Shown here in pieces: positions 34,641 through 43,991 of a DNA stretch of 64,000 bases. The stretch is from an uncultured bacterium. Its GTDB lineage: Bacteria > Verrucomicrobiota > Verrucomicrobiia > Limisphaerales > UBA8199. The stretch spans positions 32,001 through 96,000 of the forward strand of contig CAVVMW010000004.1 of assembly GCA_963749495.1 (NCBI GenBank), read 5' to 3'. The notes beneath the pieces were generated by a model, which saw only the letters and a program-made list of their open reading frames with translations, did no database searches and was not told the DNA's origin. Position 1 is the first letter of the stretch; every line of letters begins with the position of its first letter. The translations under genes were made by a program, and so were the position numbers.

Positions 34641-35639
34641 ATGAATATGATGACTCAGGTTGTCTGGCTGTCGGGTTTGTTGGCGATCCTCGTGCAGGGC
34701 CTGGCGGGCGCAGGTCCTGCAGCAGAGGGCAGGAGGGTAGTCGCCTGGGGCAACCTCCGGTTCCGGGTTAGCGCAGCGCCCCGGTTTGAGGCAGGCGCGC
34801 GCGTGGTGGGGATTGCCGCAGGCTACTTTCACAGCCTTTTTCTCCAGAGTGACGGCTCGGTGTTTGCATGGGGCGACAACCGTTTTGGCCAGACTACCGT
34901 CCCGGAGCAACTGGGCCGGGTTGGCGTAGTGGACATCGCCGCCGGCAATGTGCACAGCCTGGCGCTGCTGCGCGATGGGACTGTGGCCGCCTGGGGGCCC
35001 TCGGGCGGGCAATATGGAGACCGTGGACAGTGTGAGGTTCCCGCCGGACTGAGCAACGTGGCCGCAGTGGCTGCCGGTGCCATCCACAGCCTGGCGCTTC
35101 GGCGCGACGGCACGGTCGTCGCCTGGGGCTCGGACGATTATGGCCAGTGCGATGTCCCGGCCGGGCTCAAAGGCGCGGCAGCCGTCGCCGGGGGCATGTT
35201 CCACAGCCTGGCGCTCTTGGAGGATGGCACGGTCGTCGCCTGGGGCAACAACCGGATGGGCCAAATAGACGTGCCGGAGGGCTTGAACCACGTCGTCGCC
35301 ATTGCCGCCGGAGGCTACCACAGCCTGGCCTTGAGGGACGATGGGACGGTGGTCTTCTGGGGCGGCTACGGGCTCATCCGGGGCAGTTCGCCGGCCGGGC
35401 TGGCAAATGTGGTTGCGATAGCCACAGGCGACTACCATTGCCTGGCGGTGAGGAGCGACGGCACGGTGGTGGCTTGGGGGTTGGACTCAGCGGGCCAGTG
35501 CGATATTCCCCCCGGGCTGGGCAACGTTGTGGCCATTGCCGCGCGGGGCAATCATAGTTTGGCGTTGGTGGGGGACCAGCCTCACCCGGGCAAGCGTGCA
35601 TTTCCCCGGCGGCCCGCGGCGAGGGACCTGGCTCAATAG
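34641..35639 (+). CDS. Secreted RCC1-repeat protein
   Basis: Repeated IAAG..HSLAL..DGTVVAWG units; signal peptide. Confidence 0.88.
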   Translation: MNMMTQVVWLSGLLAILVQGLAGAGPAAEGRRVVAWGNLRFRVSAAPRFEAGARVVGIAAGYFHSLFLQSDGSVFAWGDNRFGQTTVPEQLGRVGVVDIAAGNVHSLALLRDGTVAAWGPSGGQYGDRGQCEVPAGLSNVAAVAAGAIHSLALRRDGTVVAWGSDDYGQCDVPAGLKGAAAVAGGMFHSLALLEDGTVVAWGNNRMGQIDVPEGLNHVVAIAAGGYHSLALRDDGTVVFWGGYGLIRGSSPAGLANVVAIATGDYHCLAVRSDGTVVAWGLDSAGQCDIPPGLGNVVAIAARGNHSLALVGDQPHPGKRAFPRRPAARDLAQ

Positions 35640-35839
35640 GGCCGTTGACAAAGTCGTAGCGCAGGTTTCCAAACCTGCTGTATCGCCGATTTCCAATCGG
35701 CAGGGCGTCGGCATGTCGAGCAACCTCGGTTTGGGGACGGCCTGCGGGTTTGGAAACCCGCGATACAGCAGGTTTGGAAACCTGCGCTACGCTGGCGCCC
35801 CTGCGCACAGGCGCGCCGACCGAGAATGTCAATGGCCCT
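35638..35839. mobile_element. GGCCGTTGACA-family MITE, copy 2
   Basis: AGGGCCGTTGACA..TGTCAATGGCCCT; CCTGGCTCAATAGGG duplicated at 35627 and 35841. Confidence 0.8.
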
Positions 35840-35908
35840 GCCTGGCTCAATAGGGGGCGCGCGCAGCGGCTTGCGCAGGCTTCTGCGACCCTGCTATGCT
35901 CTGCGCCG

Positions 35909-36109
35909 ATGAAATTCAGCGAACTCGTCCGCCGGCTAGAGGAGGAGGGGTTCCGCGTCGTGAAGCAGAAAGGCTCCGTCCGCTACTATACCAAGACTGG
36001 CCATTCGCACCTGATCCGCGTAGATTTCCACGGTGCAAAGGAAGTGCCGAGCGGGACCTGTCACGCAATCCTCAAAGCCGCGGGGCCGAAGGGAAAGGAG
36101 ACACCATGA
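35909..36109 (+). CDS. hicA: HicA-family toxin
   Basis: MKFSELVRRLEEEGF..KQKGS..H..KEVPSGT..ILKAAG. Confidence 0.75.
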   Translation: MKFSELVRRLEEEGFRVVKQKGSVRYYTKTGHSHLIRVDFHGAKEVPSGTCHAILKAAGPKGKETP

Positions 36110-36351
36110 TCACGCTGCCATACTCCCTGGTGATTGAAGCGACGGAAGACGCCGACTTCTTCGGTTTTTATTCGCCCGACCTCGAGGGGTTCACCGGGGT
36201 CGGTCACTCGATCGAAGACTGTCTTTACCAGGCCCGCTGGGGCATAGCCGACCACGTGCAGACGCTGCGTGAGCAAGGCCTGACGGTCCCGGCAACCAAC
36301 CCCGATCCAACCATCGTAATTCAAAACGACCGCAGAGCGCAGGCGGCGTGA
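36106..36351 (+). CDS. hicB: HicB-family antitoxin
   Basis: YSLVIE..YSPDLEG..GHSIED; AAGGAG RBS; ATGA overlap with hicA. Confidence 0.8.
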   Translation: MITLPYSLVIEATEDADFFGFYSPDLEGFTGVGHSIEDCLYQARWGIADHVQTLREQGLTVPATNPDPTIVIQNDRRAQAA

Positions 36352-36379
36352 GCCGTCATGAGAACATCCAATTGGTGCG

Positions 36380-39244
36380 ATGAATCGTCCGCGCTCTCAA
36401 ACCTTCGGCGTCCTCGCCTGGCTCTCCCTGGCCGCCGCCATTGTGGGCGCTGCCGAGACAAAGACCATAACGGCGCAGGAGTGGCGGGAGAGGGTCGAGG
36501 CGGATTGGCTGCTCCAGGATGCCAAGCGGGTTTTGCCGGCGGCCACAGTGGGCAGGGTCAGCCCCGAGGACGATGCCATCGGCGGTTGCAACGGCATCAA
36601 GGACGGCCAGTGGGGATTTCACACCGAGGCCCAGGACAATCCCTGGTGGCAGGTCAACCTGCAGGCGCCGCTCCGCATTGAGCGCGTGGTCATTTACAAC
36701 CGTTGCAACGCCACCGCCGAGCGGAATTCGCGCATCCTGGTGCTGGTCTCGGAGGACGGGCGGACCTTCCGCCGCGTCTATCAGCACAATGGCACGACGT
36801 TTTACGGTTATACGGACGGCAAGCCGCTGGTCGTGAAGCTGGGCGGTGCGAGCGCCCGGTTTGTGCGCCTGGCCCTGGAGGGCCACAACTATTTTCACCT
36901 GGACGAAGTCGAGGTGTACGCCGTTGGCGCGGAGCAGAACATGGCCTTGGGCAAGCCCGCCACCCAAAGCAGCACCAGCCAATGGTCCCGGGCCCACCGG
37001 AGGGGCGTCCCGAGCGCCTCGGCCGCTTATCCCTTGGAGCGCGTTATCGAGCGCGGTCTAAAGCTGGCGGAGAGCCAGCGCCGCCTCGGGGCGGACGTTC
37101 AGGATGAGGCCATCCTGCTCCGGGAACTGCAGCGCCAGGCCAGCCAACTCCCGGCCAATGCCCCCGGCCAGGTCCGGCGCCAACTCTATCTCCGCGCCCA
37201 TTGGGCGGTGCGCGCCATGGCCTTGCGCAATCCCCTCCTGAACTTCGACACCCTCCTCTTCGTCCAACGCGCGCCCACCATGTTCCCCCACATGTCCGAC
37301 CAGCACTATGGCTGGTGGTCGCGCCCGGGCGGCGGCGTCTATCTGCTGGAGGCCTTCAAGAGGGGCGCGCCGCGAGTCCGATGCCTCACCGCGGACCTGC
37401 CTCCCGGCAGCTTCATCGGACCGGAGCTTTCCTATGACGGCCGCAAGGTGCTCTTCGCCTACTGCACCTTTTTTGCCCAGGTGCCAGACATGGAGAAGGT
37501 GAACAAAGAGAAGCTGCCCGCCGACTGCTTCTACAATCTCTACGAGATGAACCTCGACGGCACCGGGCGGCGCCGGCTCACGCGGGGGCGCTACGACGAC
37601 TTTGACGGCCGTTACCTGCCCAGTGGCGACATCCTCTTTCTTTCCACGCGCAAGGGCCTGGCCCTGCAAACGACGCGCGCCTTCTCCGATGCCACACGCC
37701 TGGCCGACCTGCCCGACAGCTTCGTGCGTTGCGGCGGGGACAGCCACCGCCCGGTCCCCGTCTTCACGCTCCACGTCATGGATGCCGATGGGCGCAACCT
37801 CCGGCCCTTCTCCGCCTTCGAGAATTTCGAATGGACCCCCTCCGTTGCGGCCGACGGGCGCATCCTCTATACCCGCTGGGATTACATCGACCGCTTCAAC
37901 GGCAACTTCTTCAGCCTCTGGTCGGCCAACCAGGACGGCACCAACCCGCAGCTTGTCTATGGCAACTACACCGCCCGGCCCCAGGTCAAGTGCGAGGCGC
38001 GGTCCATCCCCGGCTCCTCGAAATTGGTCATCACCGCCGGCGCGCACCATTCCATCACCGGCGGTTCGCTTTGCCTCCTGGACCGCGCCCGCGGGACCGA
38101 GGGCGCGGCGCCGCTCACGCGCCTGACGCCCGAGGTCTGTTTCCCCGAGACCGAGGGCTGGCCCGAGCACTATTACGCCAATCCATGGCCGCTCTCCGAG
38201 GAGTATTTCCTGGTCAGTTGGTCGGACCGCAAGCTGCCGCCCCATTGCCGCGTCGACGACGAGGCCACCAACCCGGTCAACGCCATGGGCCTTTACCTCT
38301 ACGATGCCTTCGGCAACCAGGAGTTGCTCTACCGCGACCGGGCCCTCTCGAGCATGTACCCCATGCCCGTGGCGCCGCGCGCCAAACCGCCCGCCCAGGC
38401 GAGCCTGGTCCTGTGGGACGGCCCGCAGGAGGGCCGCTTCCTCGTGCAGGATGTCGGCCAGGGCTTGGCCGGCATTGCGCGTGGGACCGTCAAGCGGCTG
38501 CGCATTGTCGCCGTCCCGCCCAAGGAACAGCCCTACATGAACAGCCCGGTCCTCGGCGTCTCGGCCGAAGACCCGGGCAAATTCGTCCTCGGCACGGTGC
38601 CGGTCGAGTCGGATGGCTCCGCCTATTTTCGGGCGCCCTCGGGCATCCCGGTGTTCTTCCAGGCCCTCGACGCCCAGGGCGTGGCGGTGCAGACCATGCG
38701 CTCGCTCACCTACCTCCAGCCCGGCCAGGACTTTGCCTGCATCGGCTGCCATGAATCGCGCGAGACCACCCCGCTCGCGGCACGCCCCCTCCTGGCCGTG
38801 CAACGGCCTCCGTCTCGAATTGCGCGCGGCCCCGGAGGTTCCTGGCCCCTCCGTTACGACCAACTCGTCCAGCCCGTGCTCGACCGGTTCTGTGTCCGCT
38901 GCCACAGCCCCAATAGCGCCGACCCCAAGGCCGCAAAGCCCGATCTCACCCCTGGCTCCTCATACGAGGCCCTCCTGGCCTTCGGCGGCGGCGACCTCAA
39001 GCAACTGGCCTTCGAGCGGGACCGCTCCGTCCCGGGCACGGGCGTTTGCGCCAACAGCCGCCTCTGGGCCCTGCTCACCGCCCAAGCGCCGCACTACAAC
39101 GCGGCCCTTGACCCGGACAGCCTGGCGCGCCTGGCCACGTGGATGGACACCTACGCCCAACGCATCGGCCACTTCAGCGACGCCCAGGAGAAGCGCCTTG
39201 TCGAGCTGCGTGTTACGCTCGCCGATGTGATCGAACAGCCTTGA
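36380..39244 (+). CDS. HzsA-related secreted protein (discoidin domain, beta-propeller, two CxxCH)
   Basis: NPWWQVNL discoidin-type motif; DGRILYTRWDYIDR; VESDGSAYFRAPSG; CIGCH and CVRCH. Confidence 0.75.
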   Translation: MNRPRSQTFGVLAWLSLAAAIVGAAETKTITAQEWRERVEADWLLQDAKRVLPAATVGRVSPEDDAIGGCNGIKDGQWGFHTEAQDNPWWQVNLQAPLRIERVVIYNRCNATAERNSRILVLVSEDGRTFRRVYQHNGTTFYGYTDGKPLVVKLGGASARFVRLALEGHNYFHLDEVEVYAVGAEQNMALGKPATQSSTSQWSRAHRRGVPSASAAYPLERVIERGLKLAESQRRLGADVQDEAILLRELQRQASQLPANAPGQVRRQLYLRAHWAVRAMALRNPLLNFDTLLFVQRAPTMFPHMSDQHYGWWSRPGGGVYLLEAFKRGAPRVRCLTADLPPGSFIGPELSYDGRKVLFAYCTFFAQVPDMEKVNKEKLPADCFYNLYEMNLDGTGRRRLTRGRYDDFDGRYLPSGDILFLSTRKGLALQTTRAFSDATRLADLPDSFVRCGGDSHRPVPVFTLHVMDADGRNLRPFSAFENFEWTPSVAADGRILYTRWDYIDRFNGNFFSLWSANQDGTNPQLVYGNYTARPQVKCEARSIPGSSKLVITAGAHHSITGGSLCLLDRARGTEGAAPLTRLTPEVCFPETEGWPEHYYANPWPLSEEYFLVSWSDRKLPPHCRVDDEATNPVNAMGLYLYDAFGNQELLYRDRALSSMYPMPVAPRAKPPAQASLVLWDGPQEGRFLVQDVGQGLAGIARGTVKRLRIVAVPPKEQPYMNSPVLGVSAEDPGKFVLGTVPVESDGSAYFRAPSGIPVFFQALDAQGVAVQTMRSLTYLQPGQDFACIGCHESRETTPLAARPLLAVQRPPSRIARGPGGSWPLRYDQLVQPVLDRFCVRCHSPNSADPKAAKPDLTPGSSYEALLAFGGGDLKQLAFERDRSVPGTGVCANSRLWALLTAQAPHYNAALDPDSLARLATWMDTYAQRIGHFSDAQEKRLVELRVTLADVIEQP

Positions 39245-39282
39245 GCTTCAGCTTCCGACCTCACCGCGGGCTGCCGAGTTTT

Positions 39283-39314
39283 CGACAAAGGTGGCGACAA
39301 AGGCTGCGACAAGG
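39283..39314. repeat. CGACAAAGG half-repeat between convergent genes
   Basis: Three units at 12-bp period. Confidence 0.6.
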
Positions 39315-39332
39315 GTCTCCCAACGGAGCAGG

Positions 39333-41324
39333 TTACCGTTTGTCCCCCGGGCCGGGCAGATAAAGCGTGGCGCGGGCAGAGTTGGTGACGGCCGCCATGA
39401 GGTTGCGATTGATGAGTTGGAGCAAATAACCGGTATCGATGAGATCCCACCTGTCGGCCACGACGTTCCTCTGGAGGTTGTCGGAACGCTCGAGCCACGA
39501 CCTGGCGGCGACGTAGTTGCCGGTTTTGAGGTAATGCAGGCCGATGTAGGCCATCGTATAATAGCTGTTGGGGTCGAGTTGATCGGCCTTGTCGAAATAA
39601 GGTTCCGATTCGCCCGGCCTGTCGAGCCAGTCCAGGCACCAACCGCACCACAGACAGGGGGCGGCGTCCCAGGGGTTGAGTTTCACGGCGCGCGCATACC
39701 ATTGCAGGGCGTCGGCGGTCAATTGCTCGTAACCCGGGGCGTCCTTGTCGGCCGGGGCGCCCTCGGCGCTTTGGAGGCGGAGGCAGTCGCCGATGGCGCA
39801 AGCCGTGGCGGCATTCATCGGTTCGATGGCAGCGGCCTTCTGGAGAACCGCGGCCTTGGCGAGCGAGAAGTTATCGGCGCGGGCGGCGCGGGCCAGCCAG
39901 AGGTTCTCGGCGGTATGGCGCCGGGCCTCCACGCCCAGGTAACCCAGCCCGGCCACGAGCACAAGAGTGCCCAGGACTTTGGTCCACGCGCGGGCGCTGA
40001 ACCAGTAATTGTCCGTGGCAAAGCGAAGGTGGCTGCTGAGCAAGGCCATGAGGGTGACAGCCAGCAGGGCATTGGCGGGGATGCACATGTTGAAATCGAC
40101 CGCCGAGTGGCAGAGGATGGCTACCAGGCCGAGGGTGGCGCCCAGCACGAAGGCGAATTTGTTGCTGGTTTGCTTGCCGCCCAAATCCCGCTGCGAACCG
40201 CGCACATAGCTCCAGGTCTTGCGGACACCCGCGAAGAGCAGGCCCCACGCCGAGGCGATGATGGCCGCGCCCACCAGGCCCCAATCGGCCAGGGCGTTGA
40301 GATAATCGTTGTGCGCCCGGTCGGCCATCGTCTGCGCCTGGATGGGCCGGTACTGACGGAAGCGGTAATCGAAGTGGGCCGGCCCCGCGCCGAACCAGAA
40401 ATGGTCCTGCCAGATCCGCAGGGCGGGCTGCCACAGGGCCAGGCGTCCCTGCTGTTGCGTTTGTTGCAGGTTGTCGGCATAGAGCTGCCGGGCGCGGGTC
40501 TTGAAGACCTCGCTCTTGGGGACCAGATAGACGCCGCTGCCCAGCAGCAGGACCAGCAGCACCAGCGAGGGCAGCCGGTACGCCCGGTGCATGAGCAGGA
40601 TGCCAAAGAACAAGAGCAACGCGGCCACCGTCGAGATCCAGCCTCCGCGCGAGACCGTGAAGGCGATGCCCGCGAGGATGGCCAGCGAGGCGTAGCCCAG
40701 CAACACCTTGACCAGCGGTTTGAACCGGCTGACCAGGGCCAGGGCCATGCCCAGCGGCAGGAGCATCTCCAGAAACCCCGCCAGGTGGTTGGGGCAAATG
40801 TAGGTGCCCGAGCCACGGTGGGGGAACGGCGCCACGGTGTGCCAAACCCGGTTCGAGCCCGCCAGGAACTGGTAGGCCGCATAAAACGACTCGAGCATCG
40901 CCACCACAACCAGGCTCAGCGTCAATACGTGCACGGCCTCCTGCCGGTGCAGGTTGTTCACGATGGCAAGAAACAGAAAGGCATAGACCAGTATGCGCAG
41001 CAACTCCTGCCGGGCGACATATTCGATGTCCGCCGCCACGTAGCGGCCGACGGCGTAGGCCGCGAAGGCCGCCACCGCCCAGCAAATTGGCGGCCACAAC
41101 AGCCGCAGCTTGGGATTGACCCAAAGCCGGACCGCCCACAGCCCCAGCAACGGCACCATCAGCCACTGCGCCAGCACGAATGGGTCCAACAGCCAAAAAT
41201 CCAGGATGCTCCCCGCCGCCACCTGCGGCCTGCCCCCAAAGGCCAGCGGCATCGAAACCAGAATCCCCAGCGCCAACCCCAGTATCCCGCGCTCGCACCA
41301 ACTGTCCAACACGTTACGGTCCAT
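39333..41324 (-). CDS. O-antigen ligase family protein with TPR-like C-terminus
   Basis: TVSRGG, GRLALW..GAGP, AHNDYL..WGLVG, HSAVDFN. Confidence 0.85.
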   Translation of the reverse strand: MDRNVLDSWCERGILGLALGILVSMPLAFGGRPQVAAGSILDFWLLDPFVLAQWLMVPLLGLWAVRLWVNPKLRLLWPPICWAVAAFAAYAVGRYVAADIEYVARQELLRILVYAFLFLAIVNNLHRQEAVHVLTLSLVVVAMLESFYAAYQFLAGSNRVWHTVAPFPHRGSGTYICPNHLAGFLEMLLPLGMALALVSRFKPLVKVLLGYASLAILAGIAFTVSRGGWISTVAALLLFFGILLMHRAYRLPSLVLLVLLLGSGVYLVPKSEVFKTRARQLYADNLQQTQQQGRLALWQPALRIWQDHFWFGAGPAHFDYRFRQYRPIQAQTMADRAHNDYLNALADWGLVGAAIIASAWGLLFAGVRKTWSYVRGSQRDLGGKQTSNKFAFVLGATLGLVAILCHSAVDFNMCIPANALLAVTLMALLSSHLRFATDNYWFSARAWTKVLGTLVLVAGLGYLGVEARRHTAENLWLARAARADNFSLAKAAVLQKAAAIEPMNAATACAIGDCLRLQSAEGAPADKDAPGYEQLTADALQWYARAVKLNPWDAAPCLWCGWCLDWLDRPGESEPYFDKADQLDPNSYYTMAYIGLHYLKTGNYVAARSWLERSDNLQRNVVADRWDLIDTGYLLQLINRNLMAAVTNSARATLYLPGPGDKR

Positions 41325-41383
41325 CAGGATGCCGAGCCTACGAAAAAGCCCAGCCGCGCGTCACGCCAATTTGTGAAAACCCC

Positions 41384-41586
41384 AGGGCCATTGACAAAGT
41401 CGCTCGGTGCCCCTGTGAGCCAGGGGCCCCAGCGTAGCGGCCCGATTCCGAATCGGGACTGTGTCGCGGGTTTCCTAACCCGCAGGCCGTCCGCAAACCG
41501 GGGGCGCTCGACATGCCGACGCACTGCTGACTGGAAGTCGGCGATACAGCAGGTTTGGAAACCTGCGCTACGGCTCCGTCAACGGC
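41384..41586. mobile_element. GGCCGTTGACA-family MITE, copy 3 (opposite orientation)
   Basis: AGGGCCATTGACAAAGT..GCAGGTTTGGAAACCTGCGCTAC..GTCAACGGC. Confidence 0.75.
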
Positions 41587-41775
41587 GCTCGCCATAGCCC
41601 CCTTTGGGCGCTTCTCCGGGCACCGCCCCCGCAACGCCGCATCGACCCCTTTTCGAGGCTTCTGCGCACCGGCGCGGGAGCGGGTGTGCTCCCACAAAGA
41701 TTTATTTGGCTGAAATGGTGGCATTTATGCTACACATTGTGGAGTTATGGATCCTGTTTATTGGGAGGACATTCG

Positions 41776-43395
41776 ATGAGCCTCAAGCTCCACCAACGCC
41801 CCGCCTTGGAGGCGGGTGACCCAAACCAGTTCGCCGTTCGGACGGAGTTCATTCCGAATTTGGATCCGGGGTTTGCAACCCCCGAAGAGGATCTTTCATG
41901 GGGGCGCCTGCAAATCTGGGTTGGCGGCCGCAACCTTTGTGAACATGTGGATCGCAGCGAAGTCCGCAAGGCCGTGGAGTGGTATCTGCTCCCCACCCTG
42001 GAGTGGCTGGTCGAATCGTGGGACCTGCTGTTGCACGAGCAGCGACCACCCGTGTCAAATTCAGGTCAGACCGCCTGGCAGTCCCTGTCTGAGACAAATC
42101 GGCCTGAACGATTTGAGCGGCCTGACGGGTGGGATACGACCGCCGACGAGGCCCACACTCTTTGGACTTCTCACCACTGCTTGCGCGTCTCCCGGTCTGG
42201 CGGCCTCTTTCCGGATGTCGTCATTCGCCGCTGGCGAGATGAAGTGGAACTCTCCTGGGGGGAGAGTCCCCAACCCGGCGCACCTGATGGCTTTCGCTTC
42301 CTGCACGGCTCAGGAACGGCTCGCGTTTCACCTGAGAAGGTGGCAGATCCGCTCTATGACTTGCTGCGCAGCGCGGCTGACGCACTGGCCGAAGAGCACC
42401 CGCAATCAACTCGTTTCCTCACGTTTCGGCAGCACGTCGGCGCCCTCGCGGATGCTGGCCGCCAACAGACTCGGACGGCGCTGCTGGCCGGTTTGGGTTC
42501 CTCCCCGAGGGCTTGGCTCCCGCGGTGGCAACATCTGCGCGAGACGCTTGAGGATCATTGCTCCGCGTTCAAGGACTCGATAAAGGCGTGGTTCGAGCCC
42601 GATGAAACCAGCCCACTCTATGTTGCCGGCAGTTGCGAAGCTGCTGTCATGTTTGGATCGGCTTCGCCTGCCCTTACGGAGGAGGATGTCTTCGAGATTG
42701 CGACCCATCTGGTGAGGTCATACGGCAGCAAGCCGTCTGCAGCCTGGACTGGCTTGGCTGGCGAGCCCCAACCGCTGCGCGTTGGTGAATCTCCTTGGAC
42801 GGATGGTTATCGCCTTGCGCAGGAGTGGAGAGCTAAGGCCCGCATCCGCCACCTGCGCGATGGCGCCGTGGACATCGAAGAGCATCTGGAAAGGCTCGGG
42901 GTAGTATTTGGGGATATCGAACTGCAAGATGCTGCCACAGCGGGTTTGGCTGTCCAACCAGAGCCAGGGGCGCCGCACATTTTCATCAACCGGCGCAATC
43001 CTCGTTGTGAGTTTCCATCAGGCAAACGCTTCATGCTTGCCCATGAGCTTTGCCATCTGTTGCACGACCGTGCTCACGGGCGCAACCTGGCCCTCATCTC
43101 TGGCCCGTGGGCTCCGCGTGAGCTTGAACAGCGCGCCAACGCGTTCGCCGCCGCCCTCTTGATGCCGTCCGAACTGCTCAAGAGAGGATTGCAGGATGGA
43201 AGCGAGCTTGACTTTGACGGCTTGCTGGCGTTGGCAAAACGCCTCCACGTGAGCACAGACGCGCTGGCGCACCATCTGGAGAACTGTGGCCTCATCAGCG
43301 AAGCAACCCGCGATCTTCTCTTGGCCCAGTTGGTGAACCGTCAGGATGCCGGAAGCGGCGCGAAACGGACTCAACGCAAGCAGTCCAAGAGCTAA
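41776..43395 (+). CDS. ImmA/IrrE family Zn metallopeptidase with long N-terminal region
   Basis: RFMLAHELCHLL (HExxH) and EQRANAFAAALLMP; GGAGG RBS. Confidence 0.85.
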   Translation: MSLKLHQRPALEAGDPNQFAVRTEFIPNLDPGFATPEEDLSWGRLQIWVGGRNLCEHVDRSEVRKAVEWYLLPTLEWLVESWDLLLHEQRPPVSNSGQTAWQSLSETNRPERFERPDGWDTTADEAHTLWTSHHCLRVSRSGGLFPDVVIRRWRDEVELSWGESPQPGAPDGFRFLHGSGTARVSPEKVADPLYDLLRSAADALAEEHPQSTRFLTFRQHVGALADAGRQQTRTALLAGLGSSPRAWLPRWQHLRETLEDHCSAFKDSIKAWFEPDETSPLYVAGSCEAAVMFGSASPALTEEDVFEIATHLVRSYGSKPSAAWTGLAGEPQPLRVGESPWTDGYRLAQEWRAKARIRHLRDGAVDIEEHLERLGVVFGDIELQDAATAGLAVQPEPGAPHIFINRRNPRCEFPSGKRFMLAHELCHLLHDRAHGRNLALISGPWAPRELEQRANAFAAALLMPSELLKRGLQDGSELDFDGLLALAKRLHVSTDALAHHLENCGLISEATRDLLLAQLVNRQDAGSGAKRTQRKQSKS

Positions 43396-43477
43396 ACCGG
43401 GCGCGCCTCCAAATGTCGGGCCCTTTCTGAGACCGGGGCGTTTGGAAAAATGCCATAAAGACAATGCCGCTGGCCGC

Positions 43478-43746
43478 AGTGAATTGGTGGCAGAGGGCCT
43501 GAAACGGCTGGGGTGGACCGAAGACGTTCTGAGGGCAAAGCGCACAGGAGATTCGAGCAAGGTGGCGCTGGCGCCGGAGATGCGCTCGCAGAGGACGAGG
43601 CCCGTTGGCGTGCATTGCCGAGCGGCTGCGCATGCGCACGCGCGGGTACTGGGCATGGCTGTTCAGCCGCCGGGTCGAAGAGGCCTCAGCCGGCCCAGCC
43701 GGGTAGGCCGAGCTACATGTATGACAATCTCATGGGTGACCCCTTT
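43478..43746 (+). pseudogene. C-terminal remnant of a RAYT-like (Y1) transposase
   Basis: EGLKRLGWTE..KR.GDSSKVALA; ~70 bp shared with 46537-46608. Confidence 0.5.
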
Positions 43747-43834
43747 GCGTTTTTGCCGTCGTTGCCCAGGATCAGCCGGTCATGTTGCCCCGATGGCGAC
43801 AACAAGGTGGCGTTCTTGCGGGCGGTTCTATTTT

Positions 43835-43973
43835 GGGTGACTGTTCACGCAGATGACAGAATCATGGCAGGACAGAATCATAAGAAAGAGGCCATGAACC
43901 AGACCTAAGTTCGCTGTTCATTCCCTCATGATTCTGTCCTGCCATGATTCTGTCTGCACCTGAATAGTTACCC
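43835..43973. mobile_element. MITE-like inverted repeat with TTTT flanks
   Basis: GGGTGACTGTTCA..TGAATAGTTACCC ends; internal GACAGAATCATGGCAGGACAGAATCAT inverted arms. Confidence 0.65.
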
Positions 43974-43991
43974 TTTTGGAACCGGCTCTAG

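Noticed and set aside
36380..39244. Evidence of anammox metabolism
   Set aside because: Only an HzsA-like domain protein is present, with no hzsB/hzsC or hydrazine dehydrogenase context
37058..41597. Long opposite-strand or alternative-frame ORFs (37058-38905, 39291-41597, 39871-41301)
   Set aside because: Shadow ORFs of high-GC genes; the overlapping frames carry the recognisable motifs
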